A stretch of DNA of 62,472 nt. Source: a virus (Duplodnaviria > Caudoviricetes). Each line of letters opens with the position of its first letter. Positions within the stretch are counted from its first letter, which is position 1. The translations under genes were made by a program, and so were the position numbers. The notes below the pieces were generated by a model. The model made no database searches and was not told the DNA's origin. It worked only from the letters and a program-made list of their open reading frames with translations. Location of the stretch: positions 1 to 62,472 of IMG/VR virus record IMGVR_UViG_3300043466_001090; one strand, 5' to 3'. This document shows positions 30,139-39,275 of the stretch, in pieces.

Positions 30139-30233
30139 CTTCTATAGTGTTCAGTTAAGCTGTCCCCCCTTTACTAGAGCCAAAAAAAGCAGATGTAAAA
30201 TCTGCTAGTTTTGGTTCACACAAAAACAAAGGA

Positions 30234-30641
30234 TTAAAGAGCAGTTAGGAGGTTGTTGGTTTGTGGGGCTTCAGTAGCAGCTGTGAAATATTGTTTGGTG
30301 TTAAACTCATCAGCGTTTATTGCAAACATTTTAATAAAGCTTTCTACTTCAGACATTTCTTCAATATAGTATTCGTAAAACGTTTCTAAAGTTTTACGCT
30401 CTTCTGCATAATCTTTACCATTTTCTCTTTTACCAATCTTCATTCTTTGAACGTCACCCATTTCAGTGAGCTTAGCTACCATGTGCATAGACTGTTTCTT
30501 TTGTTTTCCAATTACAGCTAACACTTTGCTATCCAGATCAAAGATACACTCGTTATAAGGAGCATCTTGTGAAGCTGGGATCATTTTAAAAGTCTTTCTA
30601 TTACCCCATGTAGAGGTGATAAGAATCATTGATTTGTTCAT
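30234..30641 (-). CDS. Hypothetical protein
   Basis: 135-aa ORF within the replication operon. Confidence 0.7.
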   Translation of the reverse strand: MNKSMILITSTWGNRKTFKMIPASQDAPYNECIFDLDSKVLAVIGKQKKQSMHMVAKLTEMGDVQRMKIGKRENGKDYAEERKTLETFYEYYIEEMSEVESFIKMFAINADEFNTKQYFTAATEAPQTNNLLTAL

Positions 30642-30663
30642 ACTAATTAGTTTAATAACAAAA

Positions 30664-31221
30664 TTATTGGTTTTCTTGTAAAACTTCCAAATTTTCTAAA
30701 GAAATTTTTAAAGTTTCTTTGTCTTTATTGCAAGGATTACATAACTCTCCTACATTTTTTAGGACGTCTACATCCATTTGTAAGAGATCTGCGTACTTAT
30801 TAAAGTATTCCTCAGGGTTTAAAAAGCTATGTAAATACTTATACTCACCTGAGTTTTCTCCATAATACATTCTTATAGCTCGTCTCAGCACAGTGGAAAA
30901 CTTAGAATACTTTCCAAGCATAAAATACAACCAATCATCTTTGTATAAGTAGAGATCAAATACATATATATTTTTAGATTCTGTATTTATCTTTTTTACA
31001 TAGAGAGGATTTGTAAGAATTTGTTGTTCTTCAAACACTTTGAACTTTTCAGTGTCAGATTTCTTAAAGACACATATTAGTTTCATGTCTTCAGGTGGTA
31101 TGACACCTTCTATAGATAGATAGGTATTTTCTGGTCCAAAGGTGGATTTCTTTATGCCTAATGCTGGATAGAGAAACGATTTAGACTTCTGAAAGTACTT
31201 GTTGTATAGTTTATCTATCAT
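30664..31221 (-). CDS. Hypothetical protein
   Basis: 185-aa ORF within the replication operon (FLYPALG, GKYSKFS). Confidence 0.7.
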   Translation of the reverse strand: MIDKLYNKYFQKSKSFLYPALGIKKSTFGPENTYLSIEGVIPPEDMKLICVFKKSDTEKFKVFEEQQILTNPLYVKKINTESKNIYVFDLYLYKDDWLYFMLGKYSKFSTVLRRAIRMYYGENSGEYKYLHSFLNPEEYFNKYADLLQMDVDVLKNVGELCNPCNKDKETLKISLENLEVLQENQ

Positions 31222-31232
31222 GACTTGTTTAT

Positions 31233-32261
31233 TTACAGGCGTACCTTACCTATTGCAAACTCATAAGGAAGATCATACCTTTTGTTTATATAATGCCACT
31301 CTGCTTTATTTAAAGCCTCTTCAAGTTTTCCCAACCATAGATTTAATGTCTGCTCAGAAACTTCAAAAGGATAGACAGAATAGTTCTTATCAATCACTAC
31401 GAAGTTAAATTTTAAATCATATCCTTGATTAATCAAGTGTGAATATTTAGTAACTACCAAGCTTGTATATATAGCTGCTTGAAGTCCGTAGTTATAATAT
31501 TCAACTGATTCTGGAAAGTCTTTTAAGTCTTTACTAGTGGTCTTTACATCATTAATATACAGAATTTTTTTGTCATGATCAATAACTAAATTGTCCACAA
31601 TTCCTTTAAGACCAAATGGTTTTCCATTTATTTTACAATTTAACTGTAGCTCGTTTAAAACTTCTACATTATCAAACTCAGATGGGTTACATCCTATAAG
31701 TTTACATATAGCTTTATCAGTTTTAATTAGTTCTACAGCATTGTGACAGAAGTCATAAGTCTCTTGATCTAATAATGTCTTACCACCTTTAGCCTTAAGA
31801 AAGTTCCAATAGTTTTCACATTCTACAGTGAGTATTTTATCTAGTCTTTGTTGATCCGTCTTAAGATTCTGATGGTAGTTCATGTCTTTCATGACATCTA
31901 AAACAGCATCGTCAAATTGTTGAAGCTCTGATCTTTGATCACCGTGTTTGAGTAGTTCTTGATGATGAGCAAACACTCTATCTATAACTATTCTTGGATT
32001 ACCTGTTGGTAGATTAGCTGGGCTAACCATAAACTGCTCATTAAACTTTTCTGGTTCTAGTAATAATCCATGAATAATTTTTCCATGAACTAAATGAGCA
32101 TCTAATCTTTCTTCTTTATTTCCAAGTACATATAGCTGATAAAAAACTACAGGATTCCAAAGTAGTTTGTTAAGACTACTATAAGAAAACTCAAACTGTC
32201 TGCTATAGAATCCTTGTTCTAGGATTTCTACAGATTCATTCATCAAATCTTCTAGCTCCAT
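31233..32261 (-). CDS. PD-(D/E)XK exonuclease (RecE/Cas4-like fold)
   Basis: FSYSSL, GKIIHGLLLEP, LKGIVDNL...DVKTT, YNYGLQAAIY. Confidence 0.8.
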   Translation of the reverse strand: MELEDLMNESVEILEQGFYSRQFEFSYSSLNKLLWNPVVFYQLYVLGNKEERLDAHLVHGKIIHGLLLEPEKFNEQFMVSPANLPTGNPRIVIDRVFAHHQELLKHGDQRSELQQFDDAVLDVMKDMNYHQNLKTDQQRLDKILTVECENYWNFLKAKGGKTLLDQETYDFCHNAVELIKTDKAICKLIGCNPSEFDNVEVLNELQLNCKINGKPFGLKGIVDNLVIDHDKKILYINDVKTTSKDLKDFPESVEYYNYGLQAAIYTSLVVTKYSHLINQGYDLKFNFVVIDKNYSVYPFEVSEQTLNLWLGKLEEALNKAEWHYINKRYDLPYEFAIGKVRL

Positions 32262-32374
32262 ACTTTTAAATCTTTTAATAATTTTCTAATTCTTTTTGCA
32301 GTTTCTTTGTCCTTAGTTAGAGCCTCTTCATACTCTAAGAATTCTATAAGTTTTTCTAAATCTGTCTTTGACAT
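32252..32374 (-). CDS. Small hypothetical protein (40 aa; not in ORF track)
   Basis: MSKTDLEKLIEFLEYEEALT...VWS*; overlaps both neighbours as in coupled operons. Confidence 0.5.
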   Translation of the reverse strand: MSKTDLEKLIEFLEYEEALTKDKETAKRIRKLLKDLKVWS

Positions 32375-32568
32375 AATTTTCTAATTTGTTTTCCTAAATC
32401 TCCATCATTTGGATAGTTCTTAGCAAGACTACTTAGTGATGAAGCCATTGGACTTGGTTTACTATTACTTTCTAAAGCATCTGCAATACGTTCTAACTGT
32501 CTAGCTATTTCAGGAAGAGTGTGTTCTATAAGTCTCTTTCCCATTACTGTGTTATGTAGTTCTGCCAT
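32356..32568 (-). CDS. Hypothetical protein
   Basis: 70-aa ORF overlapping its neighbours. Confidence 0.6.
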   Translation of the reverse strand: MAELHNTVMGKRLIEHTLPEIARQLERIADALESNSKPSPMASSLSSLAKNYPNDGDLGKQIRKLCQRQI

Positions 32569-32740
32569 CTTTTTCTGTTAAGTGTTTAAACTTTTTCCAG
32601 TCTGTTTCTGGAAGATAAAATATTAAAGATTCTATAGAGCAAAGTTCTAAAAGTTCTTCCATAGCTTCATATTCACCACAGTGAACATCTACCTTTATTT
32701 GTTCTATTACTGTTTCTATAAGGTCATCTTTAGTTTTCAT
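32552..32740 (-). CDS. Hypothetical protein
   Basis: 62-aa ORF overlapping its neighbours. Confidence 0.6.
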   Translation of the reverse strand: MKTKDDLIETVIEQIKVDVHCGEYEAMEELLELCSIESLIFYLPETDWKKFKHLTEKDGRTT

Positions 32741-33365
32741 AACCCCATGCTTTCAATGTTTCTTTAAATGGTGATCCAGGAATCTCTTGTACAAGCTTTA
32801 ACATGTTTGCTGCTATTTCTCTAATCTCAACCTGAGCATGTTCTGACATTCTGAGTTTCAAGAAGTTAGCAAAGCTTCTCATGTTAAACTGTACATCTGC
32901 TTGTATCTGAGAGTTGTATGTCTTAAAGAATCTAGCTGATTCCTTAGCTCTTTTTCTACCCAAAACAGGTGTCCAGTGTTCTAAAGCTTTGTGATAGAGT
33001 TCATTAGATTTTTTAGTAAACTCTTCAAGCTCATTATAAAATTTCCAATATCCATTACTTTTCCAATCTTCAGGTAGATAGTATTTATCTTCCTTTAACT
33101 CTTTGTATCTAGCTGATTCAGCATTAATAGAAGCTATCCTGTGCTTAAGAAGATGAATGTGTGACGCTATGTCACAGTTTACTAAAAAGTGAACTGTTCC
33201 TTTTTCAAAAGGAGTTTCATGTCCTTCTGACCAAAGCATATTTATAAGCTTGGGGATACGTTGTTTCTTTTCATCTGTAAGTTCTCTGGATGTACTAGTC
33301 CATGCTGAACAAGCTATAATCTCATCTGAGCCATAGTAGCCTAATAATTCTACTGTGTTGTTCAT
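32730..33365 (-). CDS. thyX: Flavin-dependent thymidylate synthase
   Basis: GHETPFE, HLLKHRIASINAESARY (RHRx7SxR variant), KESARF, LRMSEHAQVEIR. Confidence 0.9.
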   Translation of the reverse strand: MNNTVELLGYYGSDEIIACSAWTSTSRELTDEKKQRIPKLINMLWSEGHETPFEKGTVHFLVNCDIASHIHLLKHRIASINAESARYKELKEDKYYLPEDWKSNGYWKFYNELEEFTKKSNELYHKALEHWTPVLGRKRAKESARFFKTYNSQIQADVQFNMRSFANFLKLRMSEHAQVEIREIAANMLKLVQEIPGSPFKETLKAWGYEN

Positions 33366-33754
33366 TTTTTTGTTTTTTCTAATTGGGTTTTCTTATCATG
33401 ACATGTAGTGCAAAGTACTTGAAGATTATCCACCTCACAGAAGAGTCTTTCTACAAATCCTGGAAGATCATCCGCACATCTTAATGTACCAGCTGGTATT
33501 CTATGATCTACGTTAATCTTCTTATCAGGAAACCAGTTAAGACATTCTGCACACTGATACTCAAACTTTTGTCTTTTAAGTGGACCTGTATATGCTCGTT
33601 TAGCTTTTGCTTTAGCTTGGGCTATAGGCTTCCACCATCTAGACTTTTGTCTAAGTGCAGATCTTATAAAACTCCAGAACGCAGATTCCGTCATGGTACC
33701 TGCATTCCGAGTTTTGGGTGTTTGGGTTTTTCTTGTAACTTTCTTCTTAGCCAT
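33362..33754 (-). CDS. HNH endonuclease
   Basis: CAEC...VDHRIP...NLQVLCTTCHDKKT. Confidence 0.85.
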   Translation of the reverse strand: MAKKKVTRKTQTPKTRNAGTMTESAFWSFIRSALRQKSRWWKPIAQAKAKAKRAYTGPLKRQKFEYQCAECLNWFPDKKINVDHRIPAGTLRCADDLPGFVERLFCEVDNLQVLCTTCHDKKTQLEKTKK

Positions 33755-34718
33755 TCTGTATTTTTTTGTCTAAGATAGGAACTAATCTGTTACGAACTTC
33801 TTTAGCTCCAAAGTCTTTTATACTATCGGATACATCTTTACTCATAGGTAGAACGGCCAATTTTACAAAAGGATACTTCTCTTTATACTTTTTCATAGAT
33901 TCCAAACCAGCGTCATCATTATCAAAAAGTAGAATGATGTTTTTAAACTTCTCAGATAGATCATTCATTATATCTTCCTTTAGCATTGTATTTTCACTAT
34001 CAGGAGCTATAACGTCTATATCAAGCTTAAGAGATTTAATAGACATTGCATCTTTAAGACTAGATGTAATAACTAGATTGGGATGTTTATGAAGCTGTTC
34101 CATTCCCTGGACATAACTAACCACTTTGATAAATTTTTTATCAAGAGTTTTAGGTTGATATATCTTATAGAGTGTACCATCTTCTTTGAAATAACCATAA
34201 AGATAAAGTCCTTTTATGCAGAGCTCATTATCATCTTTGGTCATACAATAACTTTCCAAAGGTTTTACATGATGCTCTTCTAGTAGCTTAGACCCAATAT
34301 TAAACTGAGTCCAGAAATACTGATCTTGGGTACTCCACTTTCTAATCTTAAAACTTGTCACTTTATATTTACTAGCTTGTTTGAATTCTTTAATGTCATA
34401 GCCTCCATTGTTATGGAGAACATAGTCATTATACTTTTCTACAACTAGTTTACAAGCTTGGTGATAAGAAAGATCAAGAAGTAGTTTAACCATCTCTATA
34501 CCAGATCCTCCCTTTCCTGTAGAGAAATCTTTGAATTTATATACCTTTTGTCCATCTACATAAATGCACATACTTGGCGTGCGTTCTTTAGGATTGAACA
34601 TACTTTTTATTTTAACATCCTGACCCGTTAGTTTTTCTTTAAGGGAACAGAAATGTTCAAATACAAAGGACGCAGGTACGTCTTTTACATCATGGACTAA
34701 ATTTTTAATTTTAAACAT
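33747..34718 (-). CDS. DNA primase (TOPRIM)
   Basis: SMFNPKERTPS, FKDFSTG, KIYQP, ITSSLKD, LFDNDDAG, KDVSD. Confidence 0.85.
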   Translation of the reverse strand: MFKIKNLVHDVKDVPASFVFEHFCSLKEKLTGQDVKIKSMFNPKERTPSMCIYVDGQKVYKFKDFSTGKGGSGIEMVKLLLDLSYHQACKLVVEKYNDYVLHNNGGYDIKEFKQASKYKVTSFKIRKWSTQDQYFWTQFNIGSKLLEEHHVKPLESYCMTKDDNELCIKGLYLYGYFKEDGTLYKIYQPKTLDKKFIKVVSYVQGMEQLHKHPNLVITSSLKDAMSIKSLKLDIDVIAPDSENTMLKEDIMNDLSEKFKNIILLFDNDDAGLESMKKYKEKYPFVKLAVLPMSKDVSDSIKDFGAKEVRNRLVPILDKKIQNG

Positions 34719-34732
34719 AACTTATTTAAATT

Positions 34733-34760
34733 AAAAGAGGGGAATGTAGAAACACCCCCC
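34733..34760 (-). terminator. Intrinsic terminator with GTTTCTAC loop region
   Basis: Minus strand ggggggtgtttctacattcccctctttt. Confidence 0.65.
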
Positions 34761-34787
34761 GATCTATCCACGTATGAGAAAAAAAGA

Positions 34788-35402
34788 TTACATGCTAAAG
34801 TCATCATTACCAGCTGGTTCAAAACCAGAAATAGTTTTGTTTTCTAATGCTCTGTAATGATATTTATTATTCTTATCAAACTTCTCAAGTTTGTTCTCAT
34901 CTAAAGATACAAACTTATATTTTGGCAAAGACAATTTAATAACTGTTTTACCGTTATACTCTTCTTCTTGACCTTTCAAAAAGAAATAAGCATCATGTCC
35001 TTTGAGAATAGCTACAGTCTTTGCAACCCACTCTTCCAGACTTTCAGCAGATACTTTGTTAACATCTTCTCTTACACCCAGTTGGTCTGCAATAACAGTG
35101 AGCTTGTACATAATCTCATTCTTCATAACGTTTGGTTCGTTATGTTGATCAGTCCATGTAGTTGCCATAACCTTAGAAGACTGACCTTTAAACTTAGGTC
35201 CGTTTTCTTCGTTACGGTCTACCAACCAACCTTCAAAGTTTTCCAACTCTGGTCCTTCTAGAACCAGTTCCAATGCTTTCTTTCCAGTGTTTTTAGATTC
35301 TCTAACTTGTGCACTGTGGATGTGAGCATAAACTACTCCAGCTTGTAATGACTTAGGAATTCCTCCTCCTTGTTTGACATCTTGTCCTTGTGTACTAAAC
35401 AT
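34788..35402 (-). CDS. Putative single-stranded DNA-binding protein
   Basis: Lies between the Sak4-like ATPase and primase; beta-rich; acidic-hydrophobic C-tail (GNDDFSM). Confidence 0.5.
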   Translation of the reverse strand: MFSTQGQDVKQGGGIPKSLQAGVVYAHIHSAQVRESKNTGKKALELVLEGPELENFEGWLVDRNEENGPKFKGQSSKVMATTWTDQHNEPNVMKNEIMYKLTVIADQLGVREDVNKVSAESLEEWVAKTVAILKGHDAYFFLKGQEEEYNGKTVIKLSLPKYKFVSLDENKLEKFDKNNKYHYRALENKTISGFEPAGNDDFSM

Positions 35403-35424
35403 GTGTTTAAATTTTAAATGGTTA

Positions 35425-36108
35425 TTAATTCTCGTAGTTAATAATAGCTTGTCTTACATACTCTAAATCATTTAAGATCTCAAAGGTAGGGAACATATCC
35501 TTAGGAGACTTACATGTATTCTCACCATTGGTTTGAGTTTCAAATACATAACGTATCACACCGTCTTTGTTCTTCTTGGCTTTACCAAACAAAACTATGG
35601 AAAAAAGTCCTTCCAACGTAAGTTTTTCATCAACCATTCTTCCAATAGTTTTTGCTTTAAACTTACGTTTACCTTCTAAATCCGTAGCTTCTTCAGCATG
35701 AGTGAGGAAGAAGATCATTAAGTCTTCTCTAAGATCCTTTGGCATCCTTGCTATTCTAGCTAAGTGTGCACCGATCTTAGTGAACTTTTCATAACCTTTC
35801 TCATCAGCCTTATCAAAGAATTCAAAGCTTGACATATACTGAAAGTCATCCACTACAATAGTTTTGATTTCAGGACGTTTCTCACTTACATACTTTAGAC
35901 AAGCCTCAATGCTTTCAGGATTACATTTGTCGTACATGTTACCACCTGGATTATCCTTACTCCATAGTGTGTACTTGGTTTTCCAACCTCTAAAAGGAAG
36001 GGGTTTGTTCGCAACGTTTACAATAAACGTTTCTTTGGGGTTTAAAGTCTCAATACTGGTAGATTTCCCAGCACCAGACTCAGCAATAATTAAGATCCCT
36101 TGTGCCAT
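35425..36108 (-). CDS. Sak4-like/AAA_24 P-loop ATPase
   Basis: IAESGAGKSTS, KPLPF, IVVDDFQY, FLTH, KTIGRM, EGLFSIVL, KSP. Confidence 0.8.
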   Translation of the reverse strand: MAQGILIIAESGAGKSTSIETLNPKETFIVNVANKPLPFRGWKTKYTLWSKDNPGGNMYDKCNPESIEACLKYVSEKRPEIKTIVVDDFQYMSSFEFFDKADEKGYEKFTKIGAHLARIARMPKDLREDLMIFFLTHAEEATDLEGKRKFKAKTIGRMVDEKLTLEGLFSIVLFGKAKKNKDGVIRYVFETQTNGENTCKSPKDMFPTFEILNDLEYVRQAIINYEN

Positions 36109-36113
36109 ATGTG

Positions 36114-36686
36114 TTATTTATTGTTTTTAATTAACTCATTTAACCAAGTCTTTGCACTAACTGGTCTACCTGTTTGTATAGCAAAATAGTCTCTTATAGT
36201 CATTTCACTATAAGGAGCATCTTCCATAGGGGCAGGAGCTTTATAAGCTACTTCAGGTGTAAAAGATTTAGCTAACACTTTGTCACTACTAGTTACAGCA
36301 GAAGACTTACTAATAAAAACGGCTTGTTCGTTCACCACTCTTAGTTCATCTAATGGTACAAGATAAGATCCTTTTTCATTAAGTTCAAACTCTTCCTCAA
36401 AAGAACTACTTGGTGCCACTCTATACACTTTACGTTCAGAGTCAATAGGATCTAAGCTTCTATTGATTAACTCAAAGAAGAAACCTTTTTCTTTCTTAAA
36501 CTCTGATGCAAAAATACCTACCACCATTCTACCTTGATCGTCATAGAATGGCATTTTCATGTTGAAGTCTGTCTTGGCTATTTCAAGATCTTTGATGAGT
36601 TCTTGATGATAGCTACGGATAGCTTCTAATTTTGATTTTTTCCAAGCATCATGTGACACTTGATCTGACAGTTGAAATGTTGACAT
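36114..36686 (-). CDS. Hypothetical protein (start revised to MSTFQL)
   Basis: ATG at 36686 lies just after the helicase stop; C-terminal MTIRDYFAI motif. Confidence 0.65.
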   Translation of the reverse strand: MSTFQLSDQVSHDAWKKSKLEAIRSYHQELIKDLEIAKTDFNMKMPFYDDQGRMVVGIFASEFKKEKGFFFELINRSLDPIDSERKVYRVAPSSSFEEEFELNEKGSYLVPLDELRVVNEQAVFISKSSAVTSSDKVLAKSFTPEVAYKAPAPMEDAPYSEMTIRDYFAIQTGRPVSAKTWLNELIKNNK

Positions 36687-36705
36687 GTTTGTTGTGATTT
36701 TGTAG

Positions 36706-37761
36706 TTATGAAATGTTGAGATCTGCAGATTCAGCTTGTCTTCCTCTACCAGAACCACCAGCTCTCCTTGGTACAAATCTACCAGTGGGATTATTAGAAA
36801 GTGGTTCAATAGTTTCAGACATCTTTTGTTTGTTAAAGTCACCTCTTAAGAAAATAAGATTGGTGTCGTCAGAACCATTACGTGACTTTATAATATGCAT
36901 GAACAAGTCTTCCTTGTTACACATATATTCTTTTGGCCCATATACAGGAATGTCAGCTTTGTATGGTCTAGTAAGAACTAACACCATGTCTGAACCCTGC
37001 ATAAGAGCATCACCACCAAATATATCTGAACTAGTAGGAAAGTTGGCTATAGAGCCAGGAGTTTTTCTAGCTGGTTCATCTATACTTCTATTAAGCTGGG
37101 TGATCATTAAGACAATAATAGGAAGCTCATTCTTCACTCTCATTAACATCTCTACGGTGTTATACAAAGTGTTAAGCTTTTCTTTCTCGTCTGGTGATTT
37201 CTTAATCAACCAGCTATGGTCTATGGATACAACCATTGGTTTACCACCTAATGCAGTGTAGTAGGTGTGAATGGCTTTCTCCATATCTTTATGTGTCAGC
37301 GGAGTATTTATCTGTAGTCTAAAAATACCAGCTTTCTCTAGTACCTCTGTTTCTTCAGCATGTTCCTTCATAATCTTTACAGAAAACTCATCTACTTGCT
37401 GCTTTGTACTAAGAATAATATCATAGTCCAGTCCTACGTGTGCAGCAAAAGCTCTTGAAGCTGATTGCTTAGCACCCATCTCAAACTGAAACTCTAAGAT
37501 GTTAAAGTCTTGTCCAATGTTTAAGTGACGAGCTTCTCTTATAAGTTGAGAAACAAACATGGTTTTACCAGCACCAGGTCTAGCTCCTATAGTTAGCATA
37601 CTCCCCCATTCTAAACCACCAACACCTGCTGAATTTAATGTTGGCCACGGGGTCTTAAAAGATTTGATTTTTCCTAGTCTTCTATCCTGTATATATTGGA
37701 GACCTTCTTTAAGAATCTCTGAATAGGTTCTAGCACCGAAAGGTCTTTCTGTCTTCTCCAT
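36706..37761 (-). CDS. DnaB-like replicative helicase
   Basis: GARPGAGKT Walker A, FQFEM, IDH, ITQLNR, SDIFGGDALMQGSD, KSRNG. Confidence 0.9.
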   Translation of the reverse strand: MEKTERPFGARTYSEILKEGLQYIQDRRLGKIKSFKTPWPTLNSAGVGGLEWGSMLTIGARPGAGKTMFVSQLIREARHLNIGQDFNILEFQFEMGAKQSASRAFAAHVGLDYDIILSTKQQVDEFSVKIMKEHAEETEVLEKAGIFRLQINTPLTHKDMEKAIHTYYTALGGKPMVVSIDHSWLIKKSPDEKEKLNTLYNTVEMLMRVKNELPIIVLMITQLNRSIDEPARKTPGSIANFPTSSDIFGGDALMQGSDMVLVLTRPYKADIPVYGPKEYMCNKEDLFMHIIKSRNGSDDTNLIFLRGDFNKQKMSETIEPLSNNPTGRFVPRRAGGSGRGRQAESADLNIS

Positions 37762-37820
37762 ACGTGTCTCTTTGGAATGTAAATATAAGAAAATTCTGTG
37801 AAAGAAAAAAGTTTTTCTTC

Positions 37821-38402
37821 CTATTTTATTTCGTTCAAGATGTTTGGATTATCTAGAAGTTCTTGACAATAATCTGCTAGTTTAGACGTTGTCTCTTTGG
37901 TTTGTGGATTAGTCTTCTTGATGAAGTAACTACTTGTTACCATATATTGGTAACGCTTACGTTCATATACAATGTTGTAATAGTCTGTGGCATCTAGTAC
38001 AAGATCCCAATCATATTCAGGATAGGTTTTGAAAAACCATACAAACTTATCTTTAAGTTCCTGAACACTTTGTCTAGCTAGTTCACCACTAGGAAGACGC
38101 TTAGCTGGAAATGCTTCTCTATATTCTTTTACCTTTTCTAGAAAGTCTTCACCTAATACTTCTTTAGTGACTTTCTTTTTAGTCTTAATAAGATAAGTTT
38201 CAAACTCATTTAGTATTACGCTTCCTAAGTTTGATATTTCTCCTTCTTCTGTTACAAATCCTTTAATCTTACATATAGAAGCTTCTGCATCGGAGTTAAT
38301 AATTTCTGTAGGTTTTATCTTTTCTCTGCAGCAGTCTAGAAAGTACAGCTGATTAGGCGTTATCTTGTACTTTATTGCTGTCTGCCATAGCTGATGACTC
38401 AT
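37821..38402 (-). CDS. Hypothetical replication-associated protein
   Basis: 193 aa; directly upstream of the helicase; YREAFP...Y pattern reminiscent of phage initiator/loader proteins. Confidence 0.5.
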   Translation of the reverse strand: MSHQLWQTAIKYKITPNQLYFLDCCREKIKPTEIINSDAEASICKIKGFVTEEGEISNLGSVILNEFETYLIKTKKKVTKEVLGEDFLEKVKEYREAFPAKRLPSGELARQSVQELKDKFVWFFKTYPEYDWDLVLDATDYYNIVYERKRYQYMVTSSYFIKKTNPQTKETTSKLADYCQELLDNPNILNEIK

Positions 38403-38832
38403 TCTTTATATTTTTTATGTGGTTGAAAATAGTTTGAAACTTGAGTCTATACCTTGGATCTACTTCCATCAAGTTTGCAAATGTTTTTAATCCATGGATA
38501 ACAGTAGTATGATCAAGTTTTCCTATAGAGTATGCTATGGCTGTTAGTTTATATCCCATACTACGGGCTAAGTGAAAATACATATGCCTTAGTTCAACTA
38601 TCTCATTAGTTCTAGACTTGTGTTCTAAAGATAGTTTTTTACCATAGTATGTTGGTAAAAATGGTGTTAGACATGCTTTAAGTTCAGCTAATGGCATCAC
38701 TTCTAGTTCAGAATCTGAAGAAACCTTTGTAATGATAACAGGTCTATATCCTATCTTTTTATAGAAGTCATCTATAAAATCTTCAACTAGTTTTCTTTCT
38801 AGTTTGAGTTTCTTATACTCTTCATCTATCAT
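38353..38832 (-). CDS. Protein with DnaA C-terminal (domain IV) HTH
   Basis: SRTNEIVELRHMYFHLAR...LTAIAYSIGKLDHTTVIHG matches the DnaA signature RDHTTVxH. Confidence 0.8.
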   Translation of the reverse strand: MIDEEYKKLKLERKLVEDFIDDFYKKIGYRPVIITKVSSDSELEVMPLAELKACLTPFLPTYYGKKLSLEHKSRTNEIVELRHMYFHLARSMGYKLTAIAYSIGKLDHTTVIHGLKTFANLMEVDPRYRLKFQTIFNHIKNIKNESSAMADSNKVQDNA

Positions 38833-38951
38833 AATTTTTGAGTTTTAGGGGGTTAAAAATAGTAAAAATGCTGAAAAAAATTGTATATTATATTGTAAGA
38901 ACTTACATGAAACGCTAAACTTTTTTATTTATATTTTATAACTAATTGAAA
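38833..38951. promoter_or_regulatory. AT-rich divergent promoter region between the replication (-) and late (+) modules
   Basis: Non-coding strand switch containing ttgtatattatattgt. Confidence 0.45.
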
Positions 38952-39275
38952 ATGAGTAACTTACCTCAGAAGAACTCTGTGGCTAACACCATTAAGCTTT
39001 ATCTATTTCCCTCGTTAGTCACTATAATTTCAATGCTTATTTGGCGTGACATTTCTGAGCTTAGAGCTGATGTTAAAGCTCTTCTAGCCCAGTCTAATAT
39101 AGACAAAACTAGAATAGACAATCTAGTGAATGATGTAAAGTCTTTAGAAAGTGCTGTTTTTAAAAGACAAATGTCTATGAATACAAGATGGTTTGAAGCA
39201 GTTAATCATGATCCTTGGTATAAACCAGAAGAAGAGTATGACATAAAAAAGTACATAAAGTATCCTAAAGCATGA
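38952..39275 (+). CDS. Membrane-anchored coiled-coil protein
   Basis: TM segment LYLFPSLVTIISMLIW followed by heptads; ATG at 38952 preferred to TTG at 38946. Confidence 0.65.
   Translation: MSNLPQKNSVANTIKLYLFPSLVTIISMLIWRDISELRADVKALLAQSNIDKTRIDNLVNDVKSLESAVFKRQMSMNTRWFEAVNHDPWYKPEEEYDIKKYIKYPKA

Noticed and set aside
36687-36842. ORF-track start at 36842
   Set aside because: Overlaps the helicase 3' end; the ATG at 36686 has a typical A-rich leader
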